A DNA stretch of 58,014 bases, taken from the NCBI GenBank assembly GCA_005777805.1, contig SXLG01000020.1:1-58014 (forward strand). The letters run 5' to 3'. This document shows, one piece after another, positions 19,035-28,908 of this stretch (position 1 is the first letter of the stretch; each line of letters begins with the position of its first letter). Under the pieces are notes generated by a model. It did not search any database, was not told where the DNA came from, and worked only from the letters and a program-made list of their open reading frames with translations. The position numbers were made by a program, and so were the translations under genes. Origin of the DNA: Pseudomonadota bacterium. Its GTDB lineage: Bacteria; Desulfobacterota; Binatia; UBA12015.

Positions 19035-19963
19035 GATCGAGGTCTCCCCTGCCCGCGCGCCGCCTCGGCTCGCTCGACGATCGTCCGGGCCCGGTTGATG
19101 TGGGGAGCGTCGACCATCGCGCCGCGATGCACGAAGGCGGCCTGACCACGGGCGAAGGCCTCGCGCGCTGCATCAAGCAACTCCTGCGCCGCAAGGACCT
19201 CGTCCGCATCCGGTACGAAGACCCGGTTCAGGATCGCCACCTGGTTGGGGTGAATGGCGGCCTTGCCGGTGAAGCCGAGATCGGCGGCCTCGCGCGCCTC
19301 ACGATCGAGGCCCGCGTCATCTCGAAAGTCGAGGAAGGGCATGTCGAGGGGTTCGAGTCGGCAGGCCGTGGCCGCGAGCAGGCAGGCCGAGCGCGCGAAG
19401 GCAAATACGTCGGGCAGCGAGCCGTCCGGGCGGCGTGACCGGCGCGCGCCGATGGCGGCGGAGAGATCCTCGCTCGCCCACATCAGAGCTGTGGTTCGAG
19501 GCGTGGCGCGTGCGATCTCGCGCAGGTCGAGCACGGCTTCTGGGGTTTCGGTCGCGAGCAGAATGAGTCTCACCGAGCCCGGGGCGCGACCCTCGCGGGC
19601 TTCGAGGCGTGCGAGCTCGCGGTCGGCTGTGAGTACGTCCTCGGCGCAGCGGACTTTAGGCAGGACGTAGCCGTCGGGCCGGCCGGCCATGGTGACGTCG
19701 AGATCTTCCAGCGTGAGGCCGGTTTCGAGAGGATTCACGCGCACCAGGCGCTCGGCGCCGCCGTAGTCGAGATCGGCGAGGGCGGCTCGTACGGTGTCGC
19801 GCGCACCGGTCTTGTGGGCCGGCACGACCGCGTCCTCGAGATCGAGGATCAAGGCGTCGGCTCCAGCCCCGGTGGCCTTCGCCAGCTTTCGCGTATCGTC
19901 GCCGGGGACGAAGAGGAGCGAGCGCCGCAGGCGGGCTGCCGACGGTGCAGCGGATGAACTCAT
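19031..19963 (-). CDS. HpcH/HpaI aldolase / citrate lyase beta (CitE-like CoA ester lyase)
   Basis: RRSLLFVPG, LDLEDAV, VRVN, LPKV, GFTGKAAIHPNQV, MVDAPH. Confidence 0.9.
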   Translation of the reverse strand: MSSSAAPSAARLRRSLLFVPGDDTRKLAKATGAGADALILDLEDAVVPAHKTGARDTVRAALADLDYGGAERLVRVNPLETGLTLEDLDVTMAGRPDGYVLPKVRCAEDVLTADRELARLEAREGRAPGSVRLILLATETPEAVLDLREIARATPRTTALMWASEDLSAAIGARRSRRPDGSLPDVFAFARSACLLAATACRLEPLDMPFLDFRDDAGLDREAREAADLGFTGKAAIHPNQVAILNRVFVPDADEVLAAQELLDAAREAFARGQAAFVHRGAMVDAPHINRARTIVERAEAARGQGRPRS

Positions 19964-20065
19964 GGCGCTCGCGTTATCGCCCGTGCGCGGTCGCGGCAAC
20001 CGGGGGGGGCCGGCGCCGTTGCGTGCGGGCCTGACGCTACTCGGTCGGTCGCGCCAATCGCGAGA

Positions 20066-20178
20066 GTCGCCACCGACGATGAGGCCATGGATCACTGTCA
20101 GGGCGCGAGTGAGCAAGGTTGCGGCCCTGCGCTGCCCGTCGCCACCGACGATGAGGCCATGGATCATTGTCAGGGCGC
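20066..20178. repeat. Direct repeat, two 41-bp copies (1 mismatch), 72-bp period
   Basis: GTCGCCACCGACGATGAGGCCATGGATCA(C/T)TGTCAGGGCGC at 20066 and 20138. Confidence 0.9.
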
Positions 20179-20366
20179 TGTTGAGAGCTGGGTGGCGGCA
20201 GGCACTGTGCGGCGTCACCCGCGTGGCGGGGGTATGGCCGTGTCGGTCGCGGAGCACAGTTGCAGCGTTCCCGACATCAACACGCGCGCCGCCGTGCTCC
20301 TGTGGCCGCCGACGCCTGCCGAGCGCGGTTGCCGCGGGTCGCGGGCTCTGTTCGAGTGAGCCGGCC

Positions 20367-21845
20367 GTGCGAATTCTCCTTGTCGCATCCGAGTGCGTAC
20401 CCTGGGCCAAGGCCGGGGGTCTCGGCGACGTGGTTGCCGCGCTGGCGCCGGCTCTCGCCGAGCGTGGCCACGAGGTTCGCGTCGTGCTGCCGCGCTACCG
20501 CTCGATCGATGTCGCGGCGAGTGGCTTCGTGGACGCCGGCTCGGCGTGCATCCACTTGGGCCGCGGCATCGAGCAATGGATCGGCGTGCACGAGGCGCGG
20601 CTCGCGGGCACGGTCGGGGTCTGGCTGATCGAATGCGATCGATTTTTTGGCGGTCCGGGGATCTATGGCAGCGGCGCCTGGGATTCGGACGAGCCGACAC
20701 GGTTCGGTTTCTTGTCGAAGGCCGCCCTCGCGCTGGCCCTCGATCGCGGCTTCGTGCCCGATGTCGTCCATGCACACGACTGGCCGACGGCGCTGGCGTG
20801 CGCATGGGTGGCCCGGGCGGAGGAGGCGGGACTGCCGGGCCTCAGCGGGGCGGCGAGTGTGCTCACGGTCCACAACGTCGAGTACCAGGGGCGCTTCTCA
20901 ACTTCGGTCTGGCCCTGGCTCGGTCTGCCCGAGGAGTGGCTCTCGCCCGAACTCTTTGGTGACCAGGACGGATTGAACCTGCTCAAGGGCGGGGCGGCGC
21001 TGGCCGATCTGGTGACCACGGTGTCGCCCACCCACGCTCGCGAGATGTGCGGCGAGCCCGGGGGGCACGGACTCGGCGGATTCTTTGCCGCACGCGCTGA
21101 TCGGTTGGTCGGCATCCTGAACGGCGTCGACGAGGAGCGCTGGGATCCGGCGACCGATCCGCTTCTGCCCGTGCAGTACTCCGCTGGGGATCTGTCGGGC
21201 AAAATATTCTGTCGGGCAGAGTTGCAAGCACGTCTGGGTCTCGAAGCGCGCGCCGATGTGCCGATCGTCGGCATGGTGTCGCGCTTCGCGCCGCAGAAAG
21301 GCTTCGATCTGGTCGCGCAGGTGGTGCCCGCCTTCGTCGAGGGCGGTGCCATGCAATTTGTTGTGGTCGGATCGGGCGATGCGGCCACAGAGGCCTTCGT
21401 GCGCGGTCTCAAGGAGCGCGTCCCCGGGTCGGTAGGCGTGTTCATCGGCTACTCGGAGGACATGGCGCATCTGGCCGAGGCGGGGGCCGATCTGTTCTTG
21501 ATGCCCTCGCTCTACGAACCGTGCGGACTCAATCAGATGTACTCGATGCGCTACGGGACTCTGCCGATCGTGCGCGCGACCGGCGGGCTCGCCGACACGG
21601 TGGAGGACGCCTGCGACGACGGCAGTCGCGGCACCGGCTTTGTATTCGCACAAGCCACGGCCGAAGCACTCGAGGGCGCTCTGGCCCGCGCGCTTGCGCT
21701 GTGGACCGAGGCGCCGACGGTGTTCGACCGCCTGCGCCAGCGTGCGATGTCGCGCCGTCACACCTGGCAGGCAGCGGCGGTGCAGTACGAGCAGGCGTAC
21801 GTCGCGGCCTGCGAGCATCACGCACGCCTGCGCGCCGTGGCGTAG
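20367..21845 (+). CDS. glgA: Glycogen synthase
   Basis: ASECVPWAKAGGLGDV, HAHDW, TVHN..YQG, GILNGVD, MPSLYEPCGLNQMYSMRYGT, TGGLADTV. Confidence 0.95.
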   Translation: MRILLVASECVPWAKAGGLGDVVAALAPALAERGHEVRVVLPRYRSIDVAASGFVDAGSACIHLGRGIEQWIGVHEARLAGTVGVWLIECDRFFGGPGIYGSGAWDSDEPTRFGFLSKAALALALDRGFVPDVVHAHDWPTALACAWVARAEEAGLPGLSGAASVLTVHNVEYQGRFSTSVWPWLGLPEEWLSPELFGDQDGLNLLKGGAALADLVTTVSPTHAREMCGEPGGHGLGGFFAARADRLVGILNGVDEERWDPATDPLLPVQYSAGDLSGKIFCRAELQARLGLEARADVPIVGMVSRFAPQKGFDLVAQVVPAFVEGGAMQFVVVGSGDAATEAFVRGLKERVPGSVGVFIGYSEDMAHLAEAGADLFLMPSLYEPCGLNQMYSMRYGTLPIVRATGGLADTVEDACDDGSRGTGFVFAQATAEALEGALARALALWTEAPTVFDRLRQRAMSRRHTWQAAAVQYEQAYVAACEHHARLRAVA

Positions 21846-21848
21846 AGC

Positions 21849-21960
21849 GGCACGCGGTGAACCGCGGGATCGCGCCGAGACGGCGTGGGAGCAACAGCAC
21901 GGCGTAGCCGACCGCATCAAGCGGGCACGCGGCGAACCGCGGCGTCGAGCCGAGGCGTGG
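21849..21960. repeat. Two degenerate ~40-bp direct repeats (75-bp period), each with a CGCGG-NGAA-CCGCG hairpin
   Basis: GGCACGCGGTGAACCGCGG... at 21849 and GGCACGCGGCGAACCGCGG... at 21924, just after the glgA stop. Confidence 0.7.
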
Positions 21961-22144
21961 ACCTGGGGGACGGCCGACCTCCGAGTCGAGCACCTCCTTC
22001 ACGCGTGGCCGCCGGGGCGGTTTGGCGAGCGTGCGTGTCCACACCGCGCTGTCCCGGACCGGCGTCGAGCGTTGCCTCGTCGGGTGTCAGGTGCTTGAGC
22101 GTCGGCGGCACGCGGCGGTCGCGGGTCGTGGAGGTCCCGGGGAC

Positions 22145-23077
22145 ATGAAGATCGGAATCGGCGTCGGCGAGCTCGGCGGTCAGGGTGCGGACATCGACGG
22201 CATCGTCGAGCAGGTGCGGGCAGCCGAGCGCGATGGCTTCGCGAGTGCCTGGTTTGCCAACATTTTTGGGCTCGACGCAATCATGGCGTGCGCGCTCGCC
22301 GGGCACGCGACGTCCACGATCGAACTGGGCACGGCAGTCGTGCCGAGCTACCCGCGGCACCCGGTGGCGATGGCCCAGCAGGCGTTGACCGCTGCGGCTG
22401 CCTGTCGCGGGCGCTTCTCGCTGGGCATCGGGCTCTCGCATCAGGTCGTGATCGAGATGATGCTCGGGCTCTCCTGGGCGAAACCGTACAGTCACATGAA
22501 GGAGTACGTCGCGGTGCTGGCCCCGCTGCTCCGCGGCGAGACGGTGGGCCATCAGGGCGAGGAATATCGCGTCAATGCCCAGGTCAAGGTCTCGGGTTCG
22601 GGCACACCGCCGCTGCTGATCGCAGCCCTCGCGCCCAGGATGCTGCGCCTTGCGGGTAGCGAGACCGCCGGAACCATCACCTGGATGACCGGGCCGAAGA
22701 CGTTGCGCGACCATGTCGTGCCGCGCCTCAGCGAGGCCGCGGCCGCCGCGGGACGGCCCTCGCCGCGCGTCGTCGCCGGGCTCCCGATCGCAGTCTGCGA
22801 CGACGTCGCCGAGGCCCATGCCAAGGCAGCACAGGCGTTCGTGATCTACGGCTCGCTGCCCTCCTATCGGGCGATGCTCGACCGCGAAGGTGTCGAAGGG
22901 CCGGGCGACGTCGCCATCGCCGGCAACGAGGCCGCAGTGCGCGACCAACTGGGTGTGCTCGCGGCGGCGGGAGTGACGGACTTTCTCGCCGCACCCTTTC
23001 CGGCGGGAGCTGACGGCCGCGCCACGGTCGAGCGCACACGTGCCCTGCTCAAGGATATTGTTGCACGCGGGCTTTAA
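22145..23077 (+). CDS. LLM-class, probably F420-dependent, oxidoreductase
   Basis: ELGTAVVPSYPRHP, GRFSLGIGLSH, AALAPRMLRLAG, LPSYRAMLDREG. Confidence 0.88.
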   Translation: MKIGIGVGELGGQGADIDGIVEQVRAAERDGFASAWFANIFGLDAIMACALAGHATSTIELGTAVVPSYPRHPVAMAQQALTAAAACRGRFSLGIGLSHQVVIEMMLGLSWAKPYSHMKEYVAVLAPLLRGETVGHQGEEYRVNAQVKVSGSGTPPLLIAALAPRMLRLAGSETAGTITWMTGPKTLRDHVVPRLSEAAAAAGRPSPRVVAGLPIAVCDDVAEAHAKAAQAFVIYGSLPSYRAMLDREGVEGPGDVAIAGNEAAVRDQLGVLAAAGVTDFLAAPFPAGADGRATVERTRALLKDIVARGL

Positions 23078-23140
23078 CGGATCGCTGGCGGGTTCTGGCC
23101 GGCAGCCGCGAGATCCCCATCACGTCGAGGAGTGCCACCG

Positions 23141-24112
23141 ATGAGAGCTGTTCTGTGCAAGGCCTACGGGCCCCCCGAGTCGCTGGTGCTCGACGAGGTC
23201 GCCGATCCGACGCCCGGTGCCGGCCAGGTCGTGGTCGACGTCCGCTCGTGCGGGATCAATTTCCCCGACGTGCTGATGATCGAGAACAAGTACCAGTTCC
23301 GGCCGCCGCTGCCGTTTGCGCCAGGCGGCGAGGTGGCGGGGCTGATCGCGGCGGTGGGTGAGGGCGTGAGCGGGCTTGCGCCCGGCCAGCGTGTGCTCGC
23401 GATGACGGGTTGGGGCGGCTTCGCCGAGAAGGTACTGGCCGCCGCGACCTCGGCCGTGCCGATTCCCGACGCGATGGACTTCGAGACCGCCTCGGCGTTC
23501 CTCATGACCTACGGCACGTCGCACTACGCGCTCAAGGACCGCGGCCATCTGCGCGCGGGAGAGACGTTGGCGGTGCTGGGTGCGGCCGGCGGCGTCGGAC
23601 TCGCCGCAGTCGAACTCGGCAAGGCGATGGGCGCCCGCGTGATCGCGTGCGCGTCGAGCCCAGAAAAGCTCGAGGTTTGCCGCGTGCATGGGGCCGACGA
23701 GGGGATTGATTACTCGCGCGAGGACCTGAAAACGAGGCTCAAGGAGCTGACCGGCGGTGCCGGCGTCGACGTGGTCTACGATCCGGTCGGCGGTGAGCTG
23801 GCCGAGGCGGCGATCCGGTCCATGGCGTGGGAGGGCCGCTTCCTGGTCATCGGCTTCACGGCGGGCATCCCGCGCGTGCCGCTCAACCTGACGCTGCTCA
23901 AGAGCTGCGACATCGTCGGCGTATTCTGGGGCGCCTTCACGGCACGCTATCCGGCGCGCCACCGCGAGCACATCGGCGAACTCTTCGAGTTGTGGAGCGC
24001 GGGAAAGCTCCGTCCGCTGGTCTCGAAGCGCTTCGGCTTCAACGAGGCCGCCGCCGCCCTGCGCGAAATCAGCGAACGCCGCGTCCACGGCAAGGTCGTG
24101 CTCGTCCCCTAG
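23141..24112 (+). CDS. NADPH:quinone oxidoreductase family (MDR)
   Basis: GINFPD, GAAGGVGLAA, YDPVGG, GKVVL. Confidence 0.92.
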   Translation: MRAVLCKAYGPPESLVLDEVADPTPGAGQVVVDVRSCGINFPDVLMIENKYQFRPPLPFAPGGEVAGLIAAVGEGVSGLAPGQRVLAMTGWGGFAEKVLAAATSAVPIPDAMDFETASAFLMTYGTSHYALKDRGHLRAGETLAVLGAAGGVGLAAVELGKAMGARVIACASSPEKLEVCRVHGADEGIDYSREDLKTRLKELTGGAGVDVVYDPVGGELAEAAIRSMAWEGRFLVIGFTAGIPRVPLNLTLLKSCDIVGVFWGAFTARYPARHREHIGELFELWSAGKLRPLVSKRFGFNEAAAALREISERRVHGKVVLVP

Positions 24113-24244
24113 CCGACAAGGGCAAACTTGCTTACGGCCCGCTTTGCCTCCGCCGCTCGATCCGATCGTGGGATCGAGTGCGGGACGCACGCCCGATTTC
24201 AAGCAGCAACGGTCAGGGCAAGCTGCAACGAATCTCGCCCGGAT

Positions 24245-26470
24245 CTACGGCGTGACGAAGATGGGTGAGGACCAGGCGCGTTCCTCGGTCTGGGCGAGGC
24301 AGTCGTCGTCGGGCACTTCGCTGCACGGGCGGGTGCGCAGGCACTTGCCCTCGAAGTCCCGCTCGCAGCGGAGATTGGCGGCGTTGATGGCGCCACCGGG
24401 CTCCTCGATCGCGCGGACGTAGTAGAGCGCCTCGCGCTTCGAGGCAGGAAACTCCGGGTCCTCGAAGGTGATTTGACAGCCGGCTGTGTCGGGCCCGCAT
24501 TTGAAGACCCGCCAGGGGTCGTCGATCAGGCCGGCCACGTCCTCGTCGGCCGTGATCTGTGGGCGGATGCGCACCACTTCGATGCGCGAGATGCGGCGCC
24601 GGCGATCGCCGGGGTTGAAGCACTCGTCGCGGCAGAGATGCTCGATCCCGGCAGCGCCGAGTGCCGCGACCGATTCCTCGGCGCATCCGGCGATCTGCTC
24701 GAGAGAGCCCACGGCGCGCACCTCGAAGCGCGGGGCCGCGCTCGAGGCCACCTCGGCCCCCATCGGCGAGCGCTGGCCGCTTGCCGGATCGATGTAGTCA
24801 AACCAGAGCAGGATGCGCGGTCCGCTCGTGCCGAAGACCTCGCGCCGCTGCATCGCGTCCCAGACTTCGCCGCGCGCGCGGCCCGCAGAATGCACGCCGA
24901 TCAGACCACCGGTCAGGAAGAACGACGCGCCGCGCTCGGTCTCGCGCAGGGCGAAGAAGGGAAGGTCTGAATGGGCCGCGTCGAAGGGTCGCGAACGGGG
25001 CTCCGGTTCGGTCACCGGCGGACCACCGAGATGGGTGGTGTTGAAGAGCCCGAAACGCGCCTCCGTCATGTCGGTGCGGGCGACCTCCTTGTAGCCGGTG
25101 CCGGGACGCGCCGAGTGGTTGTCGCTTGATGACATGAACCCGAAGCGGAAGCGCAGGGGCTCGTCGGGCTTCGAGAGGTCGGTCCGCGCCATCAGGTACT
25201 GCACCGAACTGCGCGGCCGATAGTTGAAGGAAGGCTGAAAACAGTCATTGCACTGGCCCGAATCGAGCCAGTCCTCGGGGATCTGGCCGGGGACCGTGAG
25301 ATGGCCCGAGATGTCGGCATCGACGTAGTTCTGGCGCGCCTCGGCGGCGCGTTGCTGGCAGTCGTCCTCGCTCGCGTCGGTGGCGCGGCAGCGTTCGTGG
25401 ATGATCTCGCCAGCCCGCCAGCACGAGGGCAGATAGCCGTGCGCGGGCTCGGGGCAGCGCGCTGTGCCGTCCGCGTCGAAGATCACCTCGACCCAGGGGC
25501 GGTATTCCTCGGAGTTGCCGTGCCCCGAGAAGACCTCCACCAGACGCTGACGCTTGGGGTCGTGCTGCTGGCGATTGAGCTGCTTCTCCCAACTCGAACC
25601 GAGGGGTGTGTAGTAGCCCCACGTCGTGCCGTGCGGGATCACCGTCGAGGCGCCGCCCCATTCGTCGAGCTTGCGGAAGAGCACCTGGGGCGTGGCGGCG
25701 TTTTCGCGACAGTCGGCCGGCAGCTCATTCGTATTGACGTCGTCAGGGCAGTCGGGCACCTCGCTCACTTCGTGCAGGTAGCGGATAAAATCGATCCAGC
25801 CGGGATCGGCCGAGGCGACCGGCAGCAGGCCGAGCAGGAAATTCGAGGGCGTCGCCGTCTCGGACTGACGATCCCTCGCGTCGGGCGGGGCTGAGGCGAC
25901 GATCGGACGCGCCGGGATCCGGTCTTCCTCGAGATCGCGCAGGACGATGTTCTTGTGGCCGTAGTGGTTCTCCGCCGTGGTGCCGATCTGGGTCCACTCC
26001 CAGCCGAGGTAAGCCACGACGTCGGGATCCTTCGGATCACCGGCGATCGCGTTGCACTCGCGCATGGTGTCGATCGTCTCACGCCACATGCGGGGAGTGA
26101 GCGAGAGGTCATGGTCGTTGATCGACCAGAAATCGAGCTGCGAGCAGTAGCGCGCGAAATCGCAGGCGTCGGCAACCGGGTGGGCACCGTCGCCACCGAG
26201 AGCCGGGAGAGCCATCATGAAGGCATCTAGAGAGAATGTAGTGTGGACATGAAGGTCGCCGAAGAGGACTTGTTTCTCCTCGGGGGCGCCGATCGCGGCG
26301 GCGGCCTGTTGGGTCGCCGCGCGGGTGGCGGCGATCCGGCCGGCCGGGAGGCGCGGGCCGTGCGGCGTGCCGCCGCTGAGATCGTCGCCGAACCAGCCCG
26401 TCCCCATGGCGTAGACGAGACCGGTCGCGACCAGAGCCAGCGCAAGCAGGAAGAACAGCAGTCTTCGCAT
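24245..26470 (-). CDS. DUF3604 domain protein (PHP-like metallohydrolase), N-terminal signal/anchor
   Basis: FGDLHVHT..S.DA, SINDH, GWEWT, IPHG, SSDNHSARPG, YYVRAIE, ERAWSSPIF. Confidence 0.85.
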   Translation of the reverse strand: MRRLLFFLLALALVATGLVYAMGTGWFGDDLSGGTPHGPRLPAGRIAATRAATQQAAAAIGAPEEKQVLFGDLHVHTTFSLDAFMMALPALGGDGAHPVADACDFARYCSQLDFWSINDHDLSLTPRMWRETIDTMRECNAIAGDPKDPDVVAYLGWEWTQIGTTAENHYGHKNIVLRDLEEDRIPARPIVASAPPDARDRQSETATPSNFLLGLLPVASADPGWIDFIRYLHEVSEVPDCPDDVNTNELPADCRENAATPQVLFRKLDEWGGASTVIPHGTTWGYYTPLGSSWEKQLNRQQHDPKRQRLVEVFSGHGNSEEYRPWVEVIFDADGTARCPEPAHGYLPSCWRAGEIIHERCRATDASEDDCQQRAAEARQNYVDADISGHLTVPGQIPEDWLDSGQCNDCFQPSFNYRPRSSVQYLMARTDLSKPDEPLRFRFGFMSSSDNHSARPGTGYKEVARTDMTEARFGLFNTTHLGGPPVTEPEPRSRPFDAAHSDLPFFALRETERGASFFLTGGLIGVHSAGRARGEVWDAMQRREVFGTSGPRILLWFDYIDPASGQRSPMGAEVASSAAPRFEVRAVGSLEQIAGCAEESVAALGAAGIEHLCRDECFNPGDRRRRISRIEVVRIRPQITADEDVAGLIDDPWRVFKCGPDTAGCQITFEDPEFPASKREALYYVRAIEEPGGAINAANLRCERDFEGKCLRTRPCSEVPDDDCLAQTEERAWSSPIFVTP

Positions 26471-26496
26471 GATTTCGAGCGTCTTTCGCGTGAGGG

Positions 26497-27777
26497 TCAG
26501 GAAACGAGGGGTTCTTCCCGTTGCTCGCCGCTCTGGAGATCGCGCACGGTGGCGACGCCGCGGGTGAGTTCGTCGGGACCGAGGATCCAGACGCGACGAG
26601 CGCCGTCGGCGGCAGCGTCGGTCAGAACCTTCTTGAGCCGCGGCGTGCCAAGCACGGTTTGCACCGAATGGCCCGCAGTGCGCAGTCGCCCGGTCAAGGC
26701 GAGCGCCGCAGGTCGTTGCGCCTCGCCGAGCGGGAAGATGACCTCGTCGATCGTTCGGCGGAGGTCGGGCAGGAGTCCGTGGTCGGCGAGCAGTTCCATG
26801 ATCACGACGTCGCCGAAGCCGAAGCCGACCGCCGGCAGCGCCCGGCCGCCGAGCGTTTCGAGCAGCCGGTCGTAGCGGCCCCCGCCACAGACCGCGCGCA
26901 GCACGCCGCGGGCGTCAAAGGCCTCGAAGACGACACCGGTGTAGTAGGCGAGACCGCGCACGACGGATGCGTCAAAGACCAGATCTCCGCCACGGCCGGT
27001 CGAGTCGATCAGCTCGAAAAGGCGGCGCAGATCGGCCAGCGCAAGCGAGCCCTCGCCGCCGAGGCGAGCCGCGTCGTCCAGCGTGCGCGCGTCGAGCATG
27101 GCGACGACATCGGCCGCCTCCGCCCGCGCGAGCCCGACTGCGCCCGCCGGGTCGGCGAGCTGATCGATCACCGCATCCGCCCCGATCTTGCCTATTTTAT
27201 CTATGACGACGCAGAGGGGGGCGAACGCTTCGGGCCGCCGGGCCAGGATGCCGCGGCGGAGCGACTCCTCGAGCAGAGCGCGGCTGTTGACGCGGATCCG
27301 CACCGCGCCACGCGGCAGCCCGGTACGGTCGAGCAGGGTGAAGATCGCGCCGATCAGCTCGGCCTCCGCCGCGACCCCGGGCTCGCCCCAGATGTCCATG
27401 TTCCACTGGTAGTGCTCGCGCAGACGGCCGCGCGTCATGCGTTCGTAGCGCCAATTTTGGGTGACGGTGAACCAGCGCAAGGGCAGCCGAAGCCCGCCGG
27501 CACGCGCCATGACCATCCGCGCCACCGAGGGGGTCATCTCGGGGCGCAACGCCAGGTGCCGGTCGTGCAGCTCGAAGTGGTAGAGCTGCTCGACGATCTC
27601 CTCTCCCGCCTTGCGCGTGAAGAGTTCGGCGTGCTCGAGGATCGGGGCGTCGATCTCCTCGAACGCATACAGCCTGGCGGTGTCGCGGAAGTGAGCGAAG
27701 AGCCAGTCGCGGCGGCGCAGATCTTCCGGATAGAAGTCGCGCGTGCCACGCGGTGGCTGCAGGCTCTCCCCTCCCAC
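26497..27777 (-). CDS. hisS: Histidine--tRNA ligase
   Basis: [47 protein letters not shown]. Confidence 0.95.
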   Translation of the reverse strand: MGGESLQPPRGTRDFYPEDLRRRDWLFAHFRDTARLYAFEEIDAPILEHAELFTRKAGEEIVEQLYHFELHDRHLALRPEMTPSVARMVMARAGGLRLPLRWFTVTQNWRYERMTRGRLREHYQWNMDIWGEPGVAAEAELIGAIFTLLDRTGLPRGAVRIRVNSRALLEESLRRGILARRPEAFAPLCVVIDKIGKIGADAVIDQLADPAGAVGLARAEAADVVAMLDARTLDDAARLGGEGSLALADLRRLFELIDSTGRGGDLVFDASVVRGLAYYTGVVFEAFDARGVLRAVCGGGRYDRLLETLGGRALPAVGFGFGDVVIMELLADHGLLPDLRRTIDEVIFPLGEAQRPAALALTGRLRTAGHSVQTVLGTPRLKKVLTDAAADGARRVWILGPDELTRGVATVRDLQSGEQREEPLVS

Positions 27778-27809
27778 GGGGCTCTGTCGTAACCAGCCCG
27801 GCACTTCTC

Positions 27810-27897
27810 CGCACCCGCACCGCACCCGCTCCGGCGCGTGTACCCGCACCGCGCTCGCTCTGGCGCGTACACCCGCACCCGCACCGCGCTCGCACCC
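27810..27897. repeat. Short degenerate minisatellite rich in CCCGCA, about 29-35-bp units, upstream of hisS
   Basis: ACCCGCACCGC(A/G)C(C/T)CGC repeated three times. Confidence 0.7.
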
Positions 27898-28088
27898 CCG
27901 AAACCGGGACGGTTCTGGATGTCCGTCGCAGTTCCGCCGATTGCCCGACCGAACTCAGGCGCCGAGCCACGCCGTTCGCGCCCGGACGAGCACGTTCGGG
28001 ATCCGAGCTGGGCGAAGCTCGCTTGCCCGGATCTGCGGTGTACTCGGACGACAAGCACCGCGGGTGCCGGGACGGGGCGGTGGCGCCC

Positions 28089-28874
28089 TCAGACGTCGCG
28101 CCGCACCCTCGTCAGGACCTCCTGCGCCACCGTCGCGAGGTGTCGCCCCCCGCGGTCGAACACGGCTCCGATCGAGAGACCGCGCGAGCTGATGAAGCCG
28201 TGGCAGTCGAAGGAGAAGAGCAGGAAATCATCCGCTCGGGGCGGGTGGTGGAACCAGATCGCGTGGTCAAGGCTGGCGTTCCACAAGCGGCGCTCCCCGC
28301 TCTCCGTTGGGGCACGGTCGGGATGCCGGGCGACCACCGCGTCGGTCGGCAGATCGTCGGAGAGATAGGCGAGGCCGCAGGCGTTCAGCGCCGGGTCGTC
28401 CCCGAGCGGCTCGTCGATCTTCATCCACCCGGTGGCGGGCAAGGCCGGGTCGTTGACAAAAGCGCGCCTGACTACGCGACTCCAGTTCTCGAAGGTCAGC
28501 GTCTCGGGGGCCGGCACCGTGGGCATGATGCGGGTCTGGATCTCTGGCCCCTCCTCTGGAATCTGGAATGACGCGGCCATGTTGAGGATCGCGCCGCCGG
28601 ACTGCCGGGCCACGACACGGCGGGTGAGGAAGCTGCGGCCGTTGCGGATGCGATCGACCTCGAGGCGGATCGGCTCCCTGGCATCGCCGAGTCGGATGAA
28701 GAAAGCGTGCAGCGAGTGCAGCACGAAGGCCGGCTCGACCGTGTGCATGGCCGCCCGGAGCGCTTGCGCGACGATCTGGCCGCCGTAGAGCCCGCCCCAT
28801 GGATAGCGTGGTCCCGTCGCGACGAAGGTGTCGGGCCCGTGTGGCTCCAGGCACATCATGTCGTGGAACTTCAT
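28089..28874 (-). CDS. tesB: Acyl-CoA thioesterase II
   Basis: LYGGQIVAQAL, HSLHAFF, RNGRSF..RRV, LAYLSD, ASLDHAIWFH, VAQE. Confidence 0.9.
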   Translation of the reverse strand: MKFHDMMCLEPHGPDTFVATGPRYPWGGLYGGQIVAQALRAAMHTVEPAFVLHSLHAFFIRLGDAREPIRLEVDRIRNGRSFLTRRVVARQSGGAILNMAASFQIPEEGPEIQTRIMPTVPAPETLTFENWSRVVRRAFVNDPALPATGWMKIDEPLGDDPALNACGLAYLSDDLPTDAVVARHPDRAPTESGERRLWNASLDHAIWFHHPPRADDFLLFSFDCHGFISSRGLSIGAVFDRGGRHLATVAQEVLTRVRRDV

Positions 28875-28908
28875 GGTGTCCCTCGTGGTTTCCGTGCCGG
28901 CTGTCCGG

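Noticed and set aside
20066-20178. Possible mini-CRISPR array (GTC-starting repeat, 72-bp period)
   Set aside because: Only two copies, no clear palindrome, leader or cas genes, and the sequence after each copy is itself partly similar, as in a decayed tandem duplication.
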